Shown: positions 22,865-33,751 of the stretch, one piece after another
How the letters are laid out: every line of letters begins with the position of its first letter
Position numbering within the stretch: the first letter of the stretch is position 1
Assembly (NCBI RefSeq): GCF_001194135.2
Contig: NC_068981.1
Span: 113,201,383-113,263,428, forward strand
DNA from: Octopus bimaculoides
Lineage: Eukaryota
Length of the DNA: 62,046 bases
Direction of reading: 5' to 3'
Position numbers and translations under genes: made by a program
Notes under the pieces: generated by a model
The model's input: the letters and a program-made list of their open reading frames with translations, nothing else
Told to the model about the DNA's origin: nothing
Database searches by the model: none

Positions 22865-23990
22865 TTAATGTTGAAATTTGCTCTTCTGTAATAAGCATTA
22901 AGTACATTTTTAAATATGTTTACAAGGGGCATGATTGTGCATCCATAGAAGTGACCACTAATGCATTACTTAATAATGACCAGAACCAACACAACCATGA
23001 TGAAATAAGAAACTATCTTGGTTGCAGGTATGTGTCTCCTCCAGAAGCAGTGTTGTGTCTCTTTAAATTTAAGCTATTGGTACATCACATACAATGTACA
23101 CGCTATCTATACACCTGGAGAACCAACAGAGAGTTTACTTTTAAAGAGGTAATGCTCAGGTCATGGTAGAAACACAGGGGCACTGGGACGTACTGCTTGG
23201 TTGAAGCTTAATGAAGGAAGTTGCTACCCACAACATGCCAACATGCACTGTGCATTTAATCTGTGCCAGCCAATGCACTGCAACTGTGGAACACCTATAA
23301 GGAGTCAATTATTGAGGACTATTTAGATCAAGGGATGGATGGCCAGCAAGCTGAAAATATGGCACTTGGTTACATTAATGCAATATTGATTGAAAATGGT
23401 ACCAACTGCACAAGACTAGGCCTACCTCAGCCTATTGAAATACTTGAACTTAAGCCCCAAGTTGACTTGAACCACCCTGATATTGACTCTCTTATTGAAG
23501 AGCAACAAGTGATTGCTGACATTATAATTGATGCTGTTCAGCAGAGGAGAAAAGGTGAAAGGCCTGCCCGCACCTGAATCTACACAGATACACCTGAAGG
23601 GTGTGGCAAAACATACCTGTTCAATACACTGACTTCTCATCTCCAGATGAAAAACTGTCAGGCGTGTTGTGGTGCTTGGACCAGAAGTTAACCCCCAGTG
23701 ATGCCAACATCCATTTTACATTGGAAAGAGCCCAGTTTCCAGTAAGACTGTCATATCTATAACAATCAATAAAAACCAGGGTCAAACATACGATAAAGTG
23801 GGTCTGTTCCTTCCTGAGTCAGTGTGTGGCCATGGGTAATTGTATGTTGCTTTTCCAAAGATATGAATGCAGTCAAATATTAAATTTAAAATATTGAACA
23901 CTGATAAGCAAGGGAGGCAAGGTAATAAAACTGTGACAAAGTGCATCCTATGCAATGGGATATTTTGGTAATTCTGAACCTAGTTAAAGA
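22865..23990 (+). mobile_element. Second Helitron coding relic (end of Rep through helicase C-terminus), internally deleted
   Basis: (I)NVEICSSVISIKYIFKYVYKGHD, DEIRNYLGCRYVSPPEA, Walker A-like TPEGCGKTYL, FPVRLSY..TINKNQGQTYDKVGL..GHG*LYVA. Confidence 0.88.
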
Positions 23991-24029
23991 GTTGCAAAGT
24001 AATTGAAAGTAATCATATAAATAAAAATG

Positions 24030-27000
24030 TTGCGTTAGACTAGTGCTTCATCATAGATTAGCTACTGTCATCTCAGCCTATGCCCCTCAACCAGGGCTCC
24101 CAGATGAGCTGAAAGACCAATTCTATGACACCCTCTTGCAAACTACCTCGTCGACGAGTGACAGGGACCTTCTCTTCGTGGCTGGAGACTTCAATGGTCA
24201 TGTTGGACGTCGTGCTGGAGGCTTCCATGGCATACATGGAGGCTATGGCTTCAGTTCCCACAATGAGGAGGGAACCAGACTGCTGGAGTTCTGTGATGCA
24301 ACCGATCTTATGGTTTGCAATACCAACTTCAGGAAACCTGCCTGTCACCTGGTCACCTACCGATCCGGCAGACACTCTAGCCAAATCGACTACATCCTCG
24401 CCAGAAATAGGGAAAGAGGGTGGCTTATAAATGCCAAAACCTTCCCTGGCGAAGAATGTACCCCTCAACACAGATTAGTAGTTAGCGACTTCGGGATCAA
24501 GGCAAAATGGGTGCCCAGAAGTAGACCGACTTGGAGGAGAAGGGTATGGAAGCTCAAAGACCCTACAAATGGATGGAGACTTAGAGAAATGTTACTCGAA
24601 GCATTTGACGAAATAGAATGGAATATAGCATCATACAACGTGGAAGACAACTGGAGATTTCTATGGGACAACCTGCTGAGAGCCACCGACCAGATATATG
24701 GCTGGTGTAAAGTCCCCTCTTGACCCAGAGTAACGTGGTGGTGGAACAAGGAGGTAGACAGGGCTATGAGACAAAAGAAACAGTCTTGGAAGGACTGGAA
24801 AAACGGTGGTAGCAGGGAATTGTACCAATCTGCCAGAACGGAAGTTAGGCGACAGGTTTATTTAGCCAGAGGGGAAGCAGATAAGAAAAGATTTGCCAAT
24901 GTTCTGCGCCATGAGGACCAAAGACTTGNNNNNNNNNNNNNNNNNNNNNNNNNNNNNNNNNNNNNNNNNNNNNNNNNNNNNNNNNNNNNNNNNNNNNNNN
25001 NNNNNNNNNNNNNNNNNNNNNNNNNNNNNNNNNNNNNNNNNNNNNNNNNNNNNNNNNNNNNNNNNNNNNNNNNNNNNNNNNNNNNNNNNNNNNNNNNNNN
25101 NNNNNNNNNNNNNNNNNNNNNNNNNNNNNNNNNNNNNNNNNNNNNNNNNNNNNNNNNNNNNNNNNNNNNNNNNNNNNNNNNNNNNNNNNNNNNNNNNNNN
25201 NNNNNNNNNNNNNNNNNNNNNNNNNNNNNNNNNNNNNNNNNNNNNNNNNNNNNNNNNNNNNNNNNNNNNNNNNNNNNNNNNNNNNNNNNNNNNNNNNNNN
25301 NNNNNNNNNNNNNNNNNNNNNNNNNNNNNNNNNNNNNNNNNNNNNNNNNNNNNNNNNNNNNNNNNNNNNNNNNNNNNNNNNNNNNNNNNNNNNNNNNNNN
25401 NNNNNNNNNNNNNNNNNNNNNNNNNNNNNNNNNNNNNNNNNNNNNNNNNNNNNNNNNNNNNNNNNNNNNNNNNNNNNNNNNNNNNNNNNNNNNNNNNNNN
25501 NNNNNNNNNNNNNNNNNNNNNNNNNNNNNNNNNNNNNNNNNNNNNNTTGGAAATGAGTACAGTAATGAATTCCGGGTAGAGGTAGGGGTCCACCAAGGTT
25601 CTGTCCTCAGCCCCCTCCTATTTATCATAGTCCTCCAGGCGATCACAGAGGAATTCAAGACAGGTTGCCCCTGGGAGCTCCTCTATGCTGATGACCTTGT
25701 ACTAATTGCTGAGTCACTATCAGAACTAGAGGAGAAGTTTCAGGTGTGGAAGCAGGGACTAGAATCGAAGGGCCTTAGAGTCAATCTAGCTAAAACCAAA
25801 GTCCTAATAAGTAGGAAGGTAGATAAAACACAAATCCCTTCAGGTAGATGACCCTGCTCAATATGTAGAAAAGGTGTACTCTATAAGATGTACCCAGTGC
25901 AAGCTATGGACACATAAGAGGTGCAGCAATATCAAAGGCAGGTTAACTAGGAATTTAGTTTTAGCATGTGGCAGATGTTCAGGTGCAATAAACACTGTAA
26001 ACAAACAGAAAACAACTTCTGTCTCCTTCCAGGGAGAAAAACTAGAGGTAGTTGATAGCTTCTGCTATCGGGGTGACCAAGTTAGTAGTGGTGGTGGGTG
26101 CACTGAAAGTGTAGCTGCTAGAATAAGAATAGCCTGGGCAAGGTTCTGAGAGCTCTTACTGCTGCTGGTGACAAAGGGACTCTCACTCAGAGTAAAAGGC
26201 AGACTGTATGACGCATGTGTACGAACAGCCATGCTACATGGCAGTGAAACATGGGCTGTGACGGCTGAGGACATGCATAAGCTCGCAAGAAATGAAACCA
26301 GTATGCTCCGATGGATGAGTAATGTCAGTGTGCATACCCGACAAAGTGTAAGTATCTTGAGAGAAAAGCTGAACATAAGAAGCATCAGTTGTGGTGTGCA
26401 AGAGAGACGATTGCGCTGGTATGGACACGTGGCGAGAATGGACCCAAGCTGCGTGAAAAAGTGCCAAACCCTAACAGTTGAGGGAACCCGTGGAAGACCT
26501 GGGCTGAGGTGGTGAGGCAAGACCTTTGAACATTGGGCCTCACCGAGGCAATGACTTCTGACCAAGACCTTTGGAAATATGCTGTGCGTGAGAAGACCCG
26601 GCAAGCCAAGTGAGACCATAATCCAAGGCCTCTGCCAGTNNNNNNNNNNNNNNNNNNNNNNNNNNNNNNNNNNNNNNNNNNNNNNNNNNNNNNNNNNNNN
26701 NNNNNNNNNNNNNNNNNNNNNNNNNNNNNNNNNNNNNNNNNNNNNNNNNNNNNNNNNNNNNNNNNNNNNNNNNNNNNNNNNNNNNNNNNNNNNNNNNNNN
26801 NNNNNNNNNNNNNNNNNNNNNNNNNNNNNNNNNNNNNNNNNNNNNNNNNNNNNNNNNNNNNNNNNNNNNNNNNNNNNNNNNNNNNNNNNNNNNNNNNNNN
26901 NNNNNNNNNNNNNNNNNNNNNNNNNNNNNNNNNNNNNNNNNNNNNNNNNNNNNNNNNNNNNNNNNNNNNNNNNNNNNNNNNNNNNNNNNNNNNNNNNNNN

Positions 27001-27325
27001 NNNNNNNNGTGTATGGATTTTCGAGCGAGATCGTTGCCATTGCCCCTGGACTGGCTCTTGTGTGGGTGGCACATAAAATACACCATTTTGAACGTGGCCG
27101 TTGCCAGTACCGCCTGACTGGCCTTCGTGCGGGTGACACGTAAAAGTATTCACTACACTCTCTGAGTGGTTGGCGTTAGGAAGGGCATCCAGCTGTAGAA
27201 ACTCTGCCAAATCAGATTGGAGCCTCGTGTAGCCATCTGGTTTCACCAGTCCTCAGTCAAACCGTCCAACCCATGCTAGCATGGAAAGTGGACGTTAAAT
27301 GATGATAATGATGTTGATGATGATG
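24030..27325 (+). mobile_element. RTE LINE copy 3, 5'-truncated, with gaps at 24929-25546 and 26640-27008
   Basis: ISAYAPQ, AGDFNGHVG, GVHQGSVLSP, LLYADDL, LHGSETW; 3' UTR repeat units and (GAT)n tail. Confidence 0.93.
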
Positions 27326-27769
27326 TACATTAATTGTATACAATGTAAAGTAATTAGGATAAAATATTGTGTAATAAGTAATATGCAATTATATATTGAT
27401 CTTCCAGTTTCAACAGTATTAAATACTAATGAATGATCTGTGTATAAAGTATTGTATAGATTGTTATTATATATTTTTCTGATTTATAGCAAAGGCAACA
27501 ATAAAATTTATATGCTGCAAAAATGCAAATCATTCTTTCTTTCATAAATATCTCCTCTTAATTTTTTTTCATTTCATGGAATTTTCACAGGTCCCACTAG
27601 TTATTAAGTAATAGATAAGAATTAGCCCCAAAATGCTCGCATTATCACAGAAAAGTGTTCAAATATTTCCCTAGAAAAGATTTATCAAGTATTACTTAGG
27701 TTGCTAATACTAAGATTTTACTAGGACAATTTTAGTGGATTAACTAGTTTGCCTTTAATATTCAATTAG

Positions 27770-27965
27770 CAAACTGGCAGAATTATTAACATGCCAGGCA
27801 AAATGCTTACCAGCATTTTGTCTGTTTTTACATTCTGAGTTCAAATTCTGCTAAGGTCAAATTTGCCTTTCACCAATAAAACAAGTGCCTGTTGAATGCT
27901 GGGATCAATGTATTCAACTTACCTGTCCCCTGAAACTGCTAGCCTTGTGCCAAAATCTGAAACCA
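27770..27965 (+). mobile_element. tRNA-like SINE, family 2, degraded
   Basis: Homologous to 45201-45414 (ctggcagaa..., aaatgctta, gagttcaaattctgc, gccttgtgcc). Confidence 0.7.
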
Positions 27966-28994
27966 ATATTCTATTAGCAATTTCTACCTCACTCCAATTT
28001 TCGCTGATTATTTTTTTACCTTTAGTCCTTAATTCTTCCATTTCCCCCGAATATGCTTAACTTCTTAGCTCTTGCCATCTGTAGTTCCTTGATGATTCAT
28101 ATATCTATTCATTCTGGACTTCAACCAATTATTCTTGTTTGTGTGTAAACATTTCCCATATCGAATACTCTTTTGTATTTTTAGTTGGATATTACCTACA
28201 TATAGATCTAAGGTTGATTTACCAAGTCAATAATTCTTTCACTGTAGTTAGTTGTAATCTATCATATTGTGAACTATACCCCAGCCTTAGAAGTAAATTC
28301 TTTGTTCTTATATTTTTAAGTTCTAACTGACCTAGTAACTCTTAATAACTCTCACAGAAATTATATCTGTCCATTTCACTTAAGGCTAGCAGATGAATAA
28401 TACTCTGGTCTAGTTTAGTACTCAGCTTTTCCGGATACTACTTCTAAACATTAGGGCCACTCTAGGTTAAATTGATAATGGATATTATAACCATATCATA
28501 TTTCTGCCTACTACCTCTGCTATCTTTAGTACTCAACACAAATCTTCTCTACCTAAAATATAAAATTGTCAAAATCATCATACTTCACTCTACTAATGAC
28601 TACACCTTCAATAAAACTGCATGGATATGTTTAACTAGGATAAAATATTAATGCAGCCAAATTAACTAGATGCAAATGGACATCACATAACAAGGTATCA
28701 ATGCAGCAGAAACATATATCAAATGGAGAGTTAAAGAGAATATACTGTTTAAAAGACTGTAGTAATATAAAATTGTGCAGATACATAATTCTCCATCTTT
28801 ATTTTAATGCCTTGAATATACACTCTGTTTATAATCTTGTGATGTGAAGGAGGGAAAAACAGAAGCAGAGAGAAAATTACAGTAGTCTTACCTGTCTATC
28901 TGGAAGGGTCACTCACAACATTCACGTGCTCTGTCTGCCGCCATACCATCTTTCTATGTGGAAGGGGTCGCTCACAATGTCCGTGTGCTCTGAG

Positions 28995-31000
28995 GAGCTG
29001 AGCACTGATCCTTGGTGAACCCCTAGTTGTATCCTGAATTCTTCTCTGTATTTGTTGCCCACCCTCGCCTCACTGGTAGCACCCCTGTACAAGGCTTGTA
29101 CAGTTCTCACCAACCACTTGTCTATTCCTATTTTCCACATTGACCACCAGATAAGGGATTGGGTGACTCTGTCAAAAGCTTTCTCCAAGTCAACAAAAGC
29201 CAAGTACAGAGGTTTATCTTTGGCTAGGTATTTCTCCTGCAGTTGCCTTACCAGAAATATAGCATCAGTAGTGTTTCTACCTGGCACAAAACCAAACTGC
29301 ATCTCATCTAGACTAACTCTCTCCCTAATTAGCTGCACTATGACTCTCTGCAGCTTTCATCACCTGATCCAACAACTTGATACCCTTGTAATTATTTCTA
29401 TTTTAGGAATCACCTTTACCTTTGTAGCACTTAACTATGGTGCTGTTACACCAGTCATTGGGTATGACTCCTTCGTGAGCCATCTGATTTACTGTATGGG
29501 TGACAAGACTATAATCCACACTGCCAGATAGTTTAAGCATCTCATCAGTGATTCCTGATGGGCCAGGGACTTTCCCTGTTTTCATATCCTTAATTGCTTT
29601 ATCTGTCAGGGTACTGTCAATTCGGGTAGCTAGTCCCTCAATTGGGTCAACATTTTGTAGACTCTCCACCTCCCATTCATTCTCCACATTCAGCAGTCTT
29701 TCATAATGGCATCTTCAAGCCTCTTTCTTTGCAGACTCATTAAATGCAAGTGCACCATCATCCATGCAGACACATTTCTCTCCTATGACATAACAATTTT
29801 CTCTCACACACTGTCTTGCAATCTGAAATACTTCAGTTCTTTGGTCCTAATGATGCTGAACATAGGCAAACTTCTTTTCTGCTTCTCCCTTGGCTAGATG
29901 TACCTGTCTCCTAGCTTCCCTTCTGTCTATCTGATACAGTTCCCCACTGCCCCCACTCTTCCAGGCCTTTCAGGTTTGTTTCATTGCTCTAATGGCCTTG
30001 TCTGCAGTATTGTTCCACCACCACACTATCCTAGGTCTGGAAGGGACTTTACACTAGTCACAGATTTGGTCTGTGGTACTCAGCAAGCTATCCAGCTGGA
30101 AGTCCCAGTTGCCCTCTGTGTCACAAGTTTGTAGCTGTTCCTCCCTCTCATCAGATTTATCAATTAGGACGTTCCTAAATCTCTGACCACATGAAGGGTC
30201 CTTAAGCTTCCAGATCCTTCTTTTCCAGATTGGTCTGCTTCTTGGCATCATTCTGGCCTGGAGTCTAAAGTCACTAATGACTAGTTTATGCTGAGGATAC
30301 ATTCTTCACCAGGGAAGGTCTTTGCATTTAAGAGCAACCATGCATCCCACTGTCTGGTGAGAATGAAATCTATCTGGCTAGCAGAGTCAGCTGATTGATA
30401 AGTTATCAGGTGGCTGGGTAGCTTCCTGAAGTTGGTGTTGCAGATCAAAAAAGGTTATTTGCATCACAGAACTCCAGTAGCCTTGTTCCCTTTTTGTTTA
30501 GGGAACCAATTCCATGGCCCTCATGAACACCATGGTAGACACCAGGCTGCCGTCCAACATGCCCATTAAAATCCCCAGCCACAAAGATGAGATCATTGTC
30601 ACTCATCTTGGAGGTAGCCTGCAGAAGAATATCATAAAAGTGGTCCTTCTGTTCATATGGTAGGCCTGCTTGTGGGGTGTAGGCAGATATAATTGTAGCC
30701 ATACTATTCTACAAGGCTAACCTGAGCTTAAGTACTCTATCGCATACTCTAATTACCTCTATGACCTTATCCACCCATTTCTCAGCAAAGAGCATGCCCA
30801 CACTACCTACTCCATTACTGTTACCTTCCCAGAAGATTTTATATCTGTGTGTCTTGCCTGTGAGGAACCTGGCTGAAGCTCCTCTCCACCTAACCTCTTG
30901 GATGCAACAAACATCCTTCCAAGTATCTCTACAATCTCGTTAAATTTATTTTTCAGTGTGCCTATGTTTACAGTGCCAACTCTGAAAATTAGGAAAGGGG
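28995..31000 (-). mobile_element. RTE LINE copy 4 (older), APE to mid-RT
   Basis: IISAYTPQ, AGDFNGHVG, EMQFGFVPG, FVDLEKAFDRV, GVHQGSVLS on the minus strand. Confidence 0.88.
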
Positions 31001-31785
31001 TGTGGGAGGGGACATGGTGTAGTGGTTATATATTGTCAGTACCAGGTGTTGATGTGTCTTATTGCAAGAGTTCATACTGAGATGAAGAATAAATTCAAGA
31101 ATTATATATTTACTACATAAAAATATATTTTATTTACTGGTCGATGATGTTACATATTCAAAATGTAGAATCTAGTTGAATGAAGTAATCTATGCAAGAA
31201 AGTTCAGAGATAGAAAATGTAGAAATAACAGCTAAGTGAGGGTTTTCAGTCATGTAGCGTAGAGAAATAGACAGACATAGCAATGACGTGAATGGCTCTA
31301 AGTCTACTTGATTAAGAAGTGAGGAGCAAGGTTAGCAAACTGTTTTTATTAATGGAACAATTTAAAATAAATGAAGAGAATGATGAACGATTAAAAGGCG
31401 AGAGAATTTTTTAGCTTAGCGGCTGGACATTTCGCATTGTGTCAAATAGCACAGTAAGAAAGTAGGTTTTGGAGGAAAGCCGTGTGTTTTTATAGTCTTA
31501 CAGCCAGGAGTGGTCAAAGAGTGGCTGGTTTCACCACAAGAGAATTGAAATAGCAGCAAAGGATGATAGCGGACAATAGTGAAATGGAAGAAAGGAAAAT
31601 GAATAGCTTTGCCATCAGAAAATTAAAAAACTCAAGAATGATTAGCATAATCATAATACTAACATTAACAAAAATACTATTGGCAGTGGTGCCATTACTA
31701 ATGCTAGTAACTGTCATAATGGTAGTGATAGTATCCATAATAATAACACTAGTGATAATACTAATAATATTTGTATTATGGCTTC

Positions 31786-31986
31786 AGATTTTGACACAAG
31801 GCCAGCAGTTTTGAGGGAGGGGGTAAGTCAATTACATTGACCCCAGTGCTTGACAGGTACTTATTTTATCAACCACAATAAAGGCAAAGTTGACCTTGGT
31901 GGAATTTGAACTCAAAACATAAAGATGGATGAAATGCCATTAAACATTTTGTCCAGTGTGCTAACAATTCTGTCAGCTTGCCACCT
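31786..31986 (-). mobile_element. tRNA-like SINE, family 2
   Basis: Reverse complement begins aaggtggcaagctgacagaattgttagcac and is homologous to 45201-45414. Confidence 0.75.
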
Positions 31987-32003
31987 TAATAATAATAATA
32001 ATA

Positions 32004-32065
<62 letters not shown>

Positions 32066-32086
32066 AATAATAATAATAATAATAAT
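31987..32086. repeat. Compound microsatellite (TAA)6(TGA)20(TAA)7
   Basis: Counted directly. Confidence 0.97.
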
Positions 32087-32640
32087 ATGGAAGCTATGCC
32101 AACATTATGGAATAGCAACAGAAAAAAGATGGTATAAACACACGCCAGAAAAGGTCACAGAAAACGAGAAAGCAACCATACTCTGGGATATGCCAATACA
32201 CACAGATAGAGAAATTAAGGCAAATAGACCAGATATAGTTGTCAAAGATCATGAAGGAAAAAAATGCCTTCTAATTGATGTTTCAATACCAGCAGATGAC
32301 AACGTTTCTCTAAAAGAAATGGAAAAACTTTCAAAATACAAAGACCTGGAAATAGAGATAACTCGAATGTGGAATCTAAAAACAGAAACAATTCCTATCA
32401 TAGTAGGTGCCTTAGGTATAATAAAAAAATATTCAGACAAATACATAACAAAAACACCAGGACTTACAAATATATATAACATACAGAAAATTGCACTACT
32501 GGGTACTGCACACATTCTACGCAAAACACTTTCAATACAGTAAACATAAGAGCACCACAGCAAACCACAGCACATACCCAAGGCGCACAGAGCTGCGCTC
32601 GGTAGTGAAGTGAAAGTACGTTATAAAAATAAAACTACTG
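32087..32640 (+). mobile_element. 5'-truncated RLE-type non-LTR retrotransposon (R4 clade, Dong/Rex6-like)
   Basis: Uninterrupted frame 32088-32543 (WKLCQHYG..WY.H.PEKV.EN..ATILWD..IHTDREIKANRPDIVVKD...LIDVSIP...KYKDL..EI.RMW...IPIIVGALG...QKIALLGTAHILRK); short 3' UTR then (AAT)7. Confidence 0.88.
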
Positions 32641-33751
32641 AATAATAATAATAATAATAATATAATTAGTACCAATTACAATAGTAAGGTATCTACTACA
32701 AACCACAAGAATAATGCAGCACTTAGTCTTTCCCAAGAGTCAAGAATATCTAAGCTTTCAGTCAACAGCTCCTACAATAACAATACAAATTACATCAAAA
32801 ACAATGAATATGCTGAGAGCAGATTGGCAGGAACTACCTTAAACCATGGTGCACCTTCTATCTTGCATTTTCCAGTTCACATAGCAGAAAAATTCCGAAA
32901 CCAAATAGATCCAATTACAACTTCAAAGTTGGGAATAAATGCCCATTGCAAGTTCACTGCAGGAGGTTTAATGTGGCCTTTAAGTATATGGTCCTTAATA
33001 AACTTCAAAACTCTACCAAGACCTATATTTGAGCTACTGTTAATTTTAAACAAAGATACTCTGCACTTTTAAAATCTTTTAAATATGCAAAGCATAGTAA
33101 AATAGACCTCTCTCACAGAGCATATTCACTACCTCAGGAAAAGAATATACCACATAACATAGCTTGGTCCATCATTGACTCAGGTCCTCCATACCAAGGC
33201 CGGCATTCACCCTGTTGGCTGTGTTTGAGGGAATCTTCACAAATCGTATCACATAACCTTGCACAATTATTAAACAAGCAACTTGAAGCCTTCTCTACAT
33301 GTGTCCACAAATCTAAGTCATTCAAGTTTTATCACAGGTCTAAGTGAAGTAAAGTAATTGCTTCTAATTCTCATAGCATATAGTTTAGACATTATGAGTT
33401 CACTTAATTAAATTATTATATTCACAGTATCTTCATATTTTTTTAGCCTTCCTTTGTAGATCCTCATTTTCTCCTTTAATTCATATTTAAAGCTTCCTAC
33501 ATAGAATGTTCCCTCAGTTACAACAATCTGATAATTAATAGAACACTACTAGGCTTTTCCTTTCATAGTTTGGAAATATACACAAATTAATAAAATACAT
33601 ATAATTAATATAACTTTCAAGTTTTTTTCACCAATTTATTTACTTAGATGTCTAGTTTCTGTTGTCTGTTAGCACTGTATCTCCTTCATCTCTAAACGCT
33701 ATAATTCCACTATACTTAAACTTTGTAAATAAATATCCTGCATTTATTTAT

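Noticed and set aside
31200-31790. Possible CR1/L2 remnant and hydrophobic ORFs 31514-31814
   Set aside because: Only vague similarity; the hydrophobic ORFs derive from decayed TAA-type repeats.
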